NCBI GenBank assembly: GCA_002269645.1
Contig: NIVC01001209.1
Coordinates: 1-64,000, forward strand
Origin: Macrostomum lignano
Lineage: Eukaryota
Length of the DNA: 64,000 bases
Direction of reading: 5' to 3'
Positions 61,201-64,000 of this stretch are shown one piece after another (the stretch's first letter is position 1; the number at the start of each line of letters is the position of its first letter). The position numbers and the translations under genes are program-made. The notes beneath the pieces are model-generated. The model was not told where the DNA came from. It was given only the letters and a program-made list of their open reading frames with translations, and did not search any database.

Positions 61201-63397
61201 TGAGAATGGTCCCTGAACAGACTATTTAAGAATTCTGAGAATGGTCCCTGAACAGACTATTTGAGAATGGTCCCTGAACAGACTATTTGAGAATGGCCCC
61301 TGAACAGACTATTTTAGAATGGCCCCTGAACAGACTATTTAAGAATTCTGAGAATGGTCCCTGAACAGACTATTTAAGAATTCTGAGAATGGTCCCTGAA
61401 CAGACTATTTGAGAATGGCCCCTGAACAGACTATTTGAGAATGGCCCCTGAACAGACTATTTGAGAATGGCCCCTGAACAGACTATTTGAGAATGGTCCC
61501 TGAACAGACTATTTGAGAATGGTCCCTGAACAGACTATTTAAGAATTCTGAGAATGGTCCCTGAACAGACTATTTGAGAATGGTCCCTGAACAGACTATT
61601 TGAGAATGGCCCCTGAACAGACTATTTTAGAATGGCCCCTGAACAGACTATTTAAGAATTCTGAGAATGGTCCCTGAACAGACTATTTAAGAATTCTGAG
61701 AATGGTCCCTGAACAGACTATTTGAGAATGGCCCCTGAACAGACTATTTGAGAATGGCCCCTGAACAGACTATTTGAGAATGGCCCCTGAACAGACTATT
61801 TAAGAATGGTCCCTGAACAGACTTTTTGAGAATGGCCCCTGAACAGACTATTTGAGAATGGCCCCTGAACAGACTATTTGAGAATGGCCCCTGAACAGAC
61901 TATTTGAGAATGGCCCCTGAACAGACTATTTGAGAATGGCCCCTGAACAGACTATTTGAGAATGGTCCCTGAACAGACTATTTGAGAATGGTTCCTGAAC
62001 AGACTATTTAAGAATTCTGAGAATGGTCCCTGAACTGTGACAAAAGCTTTCTAATACCTAAAGCTGCATCTGTTAATCTCTCGTCCCCTTAGGCTGGCTT
62101 CCACGCGCTGGCCGAATTCTACCAAGCCGAGACCTGCGGCGAGGCCAGGAAATTCGGCGAGCAAATTGCCCGTCTGCAGCACTCTGACCAGCTGTTCAAA
62201 GAGTCGGACAAGCGGTCCGGCAGCTCCACCCAGATGCCGTTCAAAGCCGAGTGGACTAAGGCTAAGAAAGTTTTGGAGACTGTTGAGAAAGATAATAATA
62301 CTATCTATCACGAGCAGGTAAGCTCACGAATGCTTCATAACCTCACGTAAAATCTAGAATAGGACGCTGACCCTCCCAGATCCTGAGTTGCTGGGCTCGC
62401 TTTCCAGATCCTCAGCTGCTGGGCCAGCCTCCCACATCCTCAGCTGCTGGGCCAGCCTCCCAGATCCTCAGTTGCTGGGCCAGCCTCCCAGATCCTCAGC
62501 TGCTGGGCCAGCCTCCCAAATCCGTAGTTGCTGGGCCAGCCTCCCAGATCCTCAGTTGCTGGGCCAGCCTCCTAGATCCTCAGTTGCTGGGCCAGCCTCC
62601 CAGATCCTCAGTTGCTGAGCCAGCCTCCCAGATCCTCAGTTGCTGAGCCAGCCTCCCAGATCCTCAGTTGCTGAGCCAGCCTCCCAGATCCTCAGTTGCT
62701 GGGTCAGCCTCCAAGATCCTCAGCTGCTGAGCCAGCCTCCCAGATCCTCAGTTGCTGGGTCAGCCTCCAAGATCCTCAGCTGCTGAGCCAGCCTCCCAGA
62801 TCCTCAGCTGCTGAGCCAGCCTTCCAGATCCTCAGCTGCTAGGCCAATTCGATCCGAATTCGCTAACCTGCTCCAGGTGCCACCGGTGAACTCGCTCTCG
62901 GCCATAGACAAGGCCGCCATCGCCAAGGCCATCCCCATGGCCTACCCAATGTCCGAAGGCTTCCGCGACAGCTTCGACAGGCTGGTGCCCATGCACATCC
63001 ATCAGTCCTTGCTGAACTTCGAAGCCTGCCGTAATGACGCCTGCCAGAAGGAGCTGGGCCGCCTGCGCGAGGCCACCAGCCTGATGCAGGGCGTGCTAAC
63101 CTCGCTGAACCTGCCGATGTCGCTAGAAGACTCTGGCTCGGCCAGCGTGCCGCCTTCGCTGCTTGACAAGGCCCGCGATCTGGTTGACAAAGGCGGCTAC
63201 GAGAAGTTGCGCGAATTGTCCTCTGAGAATCCCGAGCTGCACAAGCGCAATCGCGAAATACTGGACGAAGCCCTGCGCTTGCTAAACGAGGAGCAGGAGG
63301 CCGATAATAAGCTGCGGGAACAGTTCAAGGAGAAATGGCAGCGAACTCCGTCTGAACGGCTTAACGATAAACTGCGCAGCGAGGCTATGAACTTCAA
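49239..63397 (+). CDS. PDCD6IP: ALIX / programmed cell death 6-interacting protein (Bro1 + start of V domain); continues off the right edge
   Basis: Six exons join in frame: 49239-49441, 54865-54919, 54998-55067, 55138-55556, 62093-62317, 62877-63397. Motifs: LAIPVKK..VDF, YHDQLCAIESKLP, FKYHDAF, FEKMCVLFNIAAL, AAKLA-like VAKIA, EKDNNTIYHE, NLPMSLED. Confidence 0.95.
51097..51165 (+). mobile_element. tRNA-derived SINE head or tRNA pseudogene
   Basis: A box TGGCTTAATGG (51103) and B box GGTTCAAATCC (51144); no acceptor stem. Confidence 0.5.
54865..55556 (+). CDS. PDCD6IP: ALIX exons 2-4 (Bro1 domain), separated by 78-nt and 70-nt introns
   Basis: tttcag|A TAC CAT...TCA|gtaagt; ttgcag|ATC...TTA A|gtaagt; cgcag|AG ATC...CAG|gttggt. 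Confidence 0.92.
55708..62035. repeat. 26-bp satellite (CTGAACAGACTATTTGAGAATGGCCC), about 6.3 kb and roughly 240 monomers, in ALIX intron 4
   Basis: Period 26 at 55741/55767; length variants define higher-order repeats. Confidence 0.98.
62093..63397 (+). CDS. PDCD6IP: ALIX exons 5-6 (end of Bro1, start of V domain)
   Basis: cttag|GCT GGC TTC CAC...GAG CAG|gtaagc; ctccag|GTG CCA...TTC AA|gtgaga. Confidence 0.92.
62370..62840. repeat. 28-bp minisatellite (CCCAGATCCTCAGTTGCTGGGCCAGCCT) filling most of ALIX intron 5
   Basis: Period 28 at 62581/62609. Confidence 0.95.
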
Positions 63398-63479
63398 GTG
63401 AGAATTTTGTCTGTTGTGAGATTCCTGCGATGCTTTTTTAGTAAAGACTCGTAACTTTTTTCGTCTGATGCTTTTCCGT

Positions 63480-64000
63480 CAGAGGTGTGAGATTTCCTAA
63501 GAGCTACTATCAATTATGAGATTTCCTATGATATGCTATCAATTGTGAGATTTCCAATGATATGCTATCAATTGTGAGATTTCCAATGATATGCTATCAA
63601 TTGTGAGATTTCCATGATGCTATTCAGTCTGAGGCGTGAGATTTCCCATGAGATGCTATTCAGTCTTAGACGTGAGATTTCCCATGAGATGCTATTCAGT
63701 CTGAGGCGTGAGATTTCCCATGAGATGCTATTCAGTCTGAGGCATGAGTTTTCCTATGAGATGCTATTCAGTCTGAGGCATGAGGTTTCCCATGCGATGC
63801 AACTCAGTCTGAGAGCGTGAGATTTCCCATGAGCTGCAACTCAGTCTGAGAGCGTGAGATTTCCCATGAGCTGCAACTCAGTCTGAGAGCGTGAGATTTC
63901 CCATGAGCTGCAACTCAGTCTGAGAGCGTGAGATTTCCCATGAGCTGCAACTCAGTCTGAGAGCGTGAGATTTCCCATAAGATTCTTCAGTCTGAGGAGT
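63480..64000. repeat. Minisatellite changing from 29-bp to 37-bp units, core GTGAGATTTCC, in ALIX intron 6
   Basis: Periods 29 (63541/63570) and 37 (63841/63878). Confidence 0.9.

Overview
Eukaryotic (animal) genomic DNA, not prokaryotic: GC-rich exons, AT-rich introns packed with minisatellites, and many transposon insertions. The style resembles invertebrates such as Macrostomum flatworms (inference, not verified). Two intron-rich host genes face away from each other. (1) On the minus strand, a RIM-binding protein gene (RIMBP/TSPOAP1/Rbp family; coiled coils then first SH3) runs from about 33,990 off the left end. About 16-17 exons can be chained with consistent phases, and one SH3 exon is 1 nt short. 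(2) On the plus strand, ALIX/PDCD6IP (Bro1 plus start of the V domain, 6 exons) runs from 49,239 off the right end. An intact, young Ty3/gypsy (Mag-like) LTR retrotransposon (14,753-19,279) sits in a RIMBP intron, with a single gag-pol ORF, 224-bp LTRs, a tRNA-Ser PBS and a 5-bp TSD. The gap between the genes is a nested transposon island: two hAT-type MITEs, a Helitron-like hairpin end, three non-LTR remnants and a CACTA/EnSpm-like element splitting an RNase H. ALIX intron 4 holds a 6.3-kb, three-tier 26-bp satellite. I found no convincing novel multi-gene system; the most unusual signals are repeat and transposon architectures. Most ORFs in the supplied track are repeat-derived or shadow frames.
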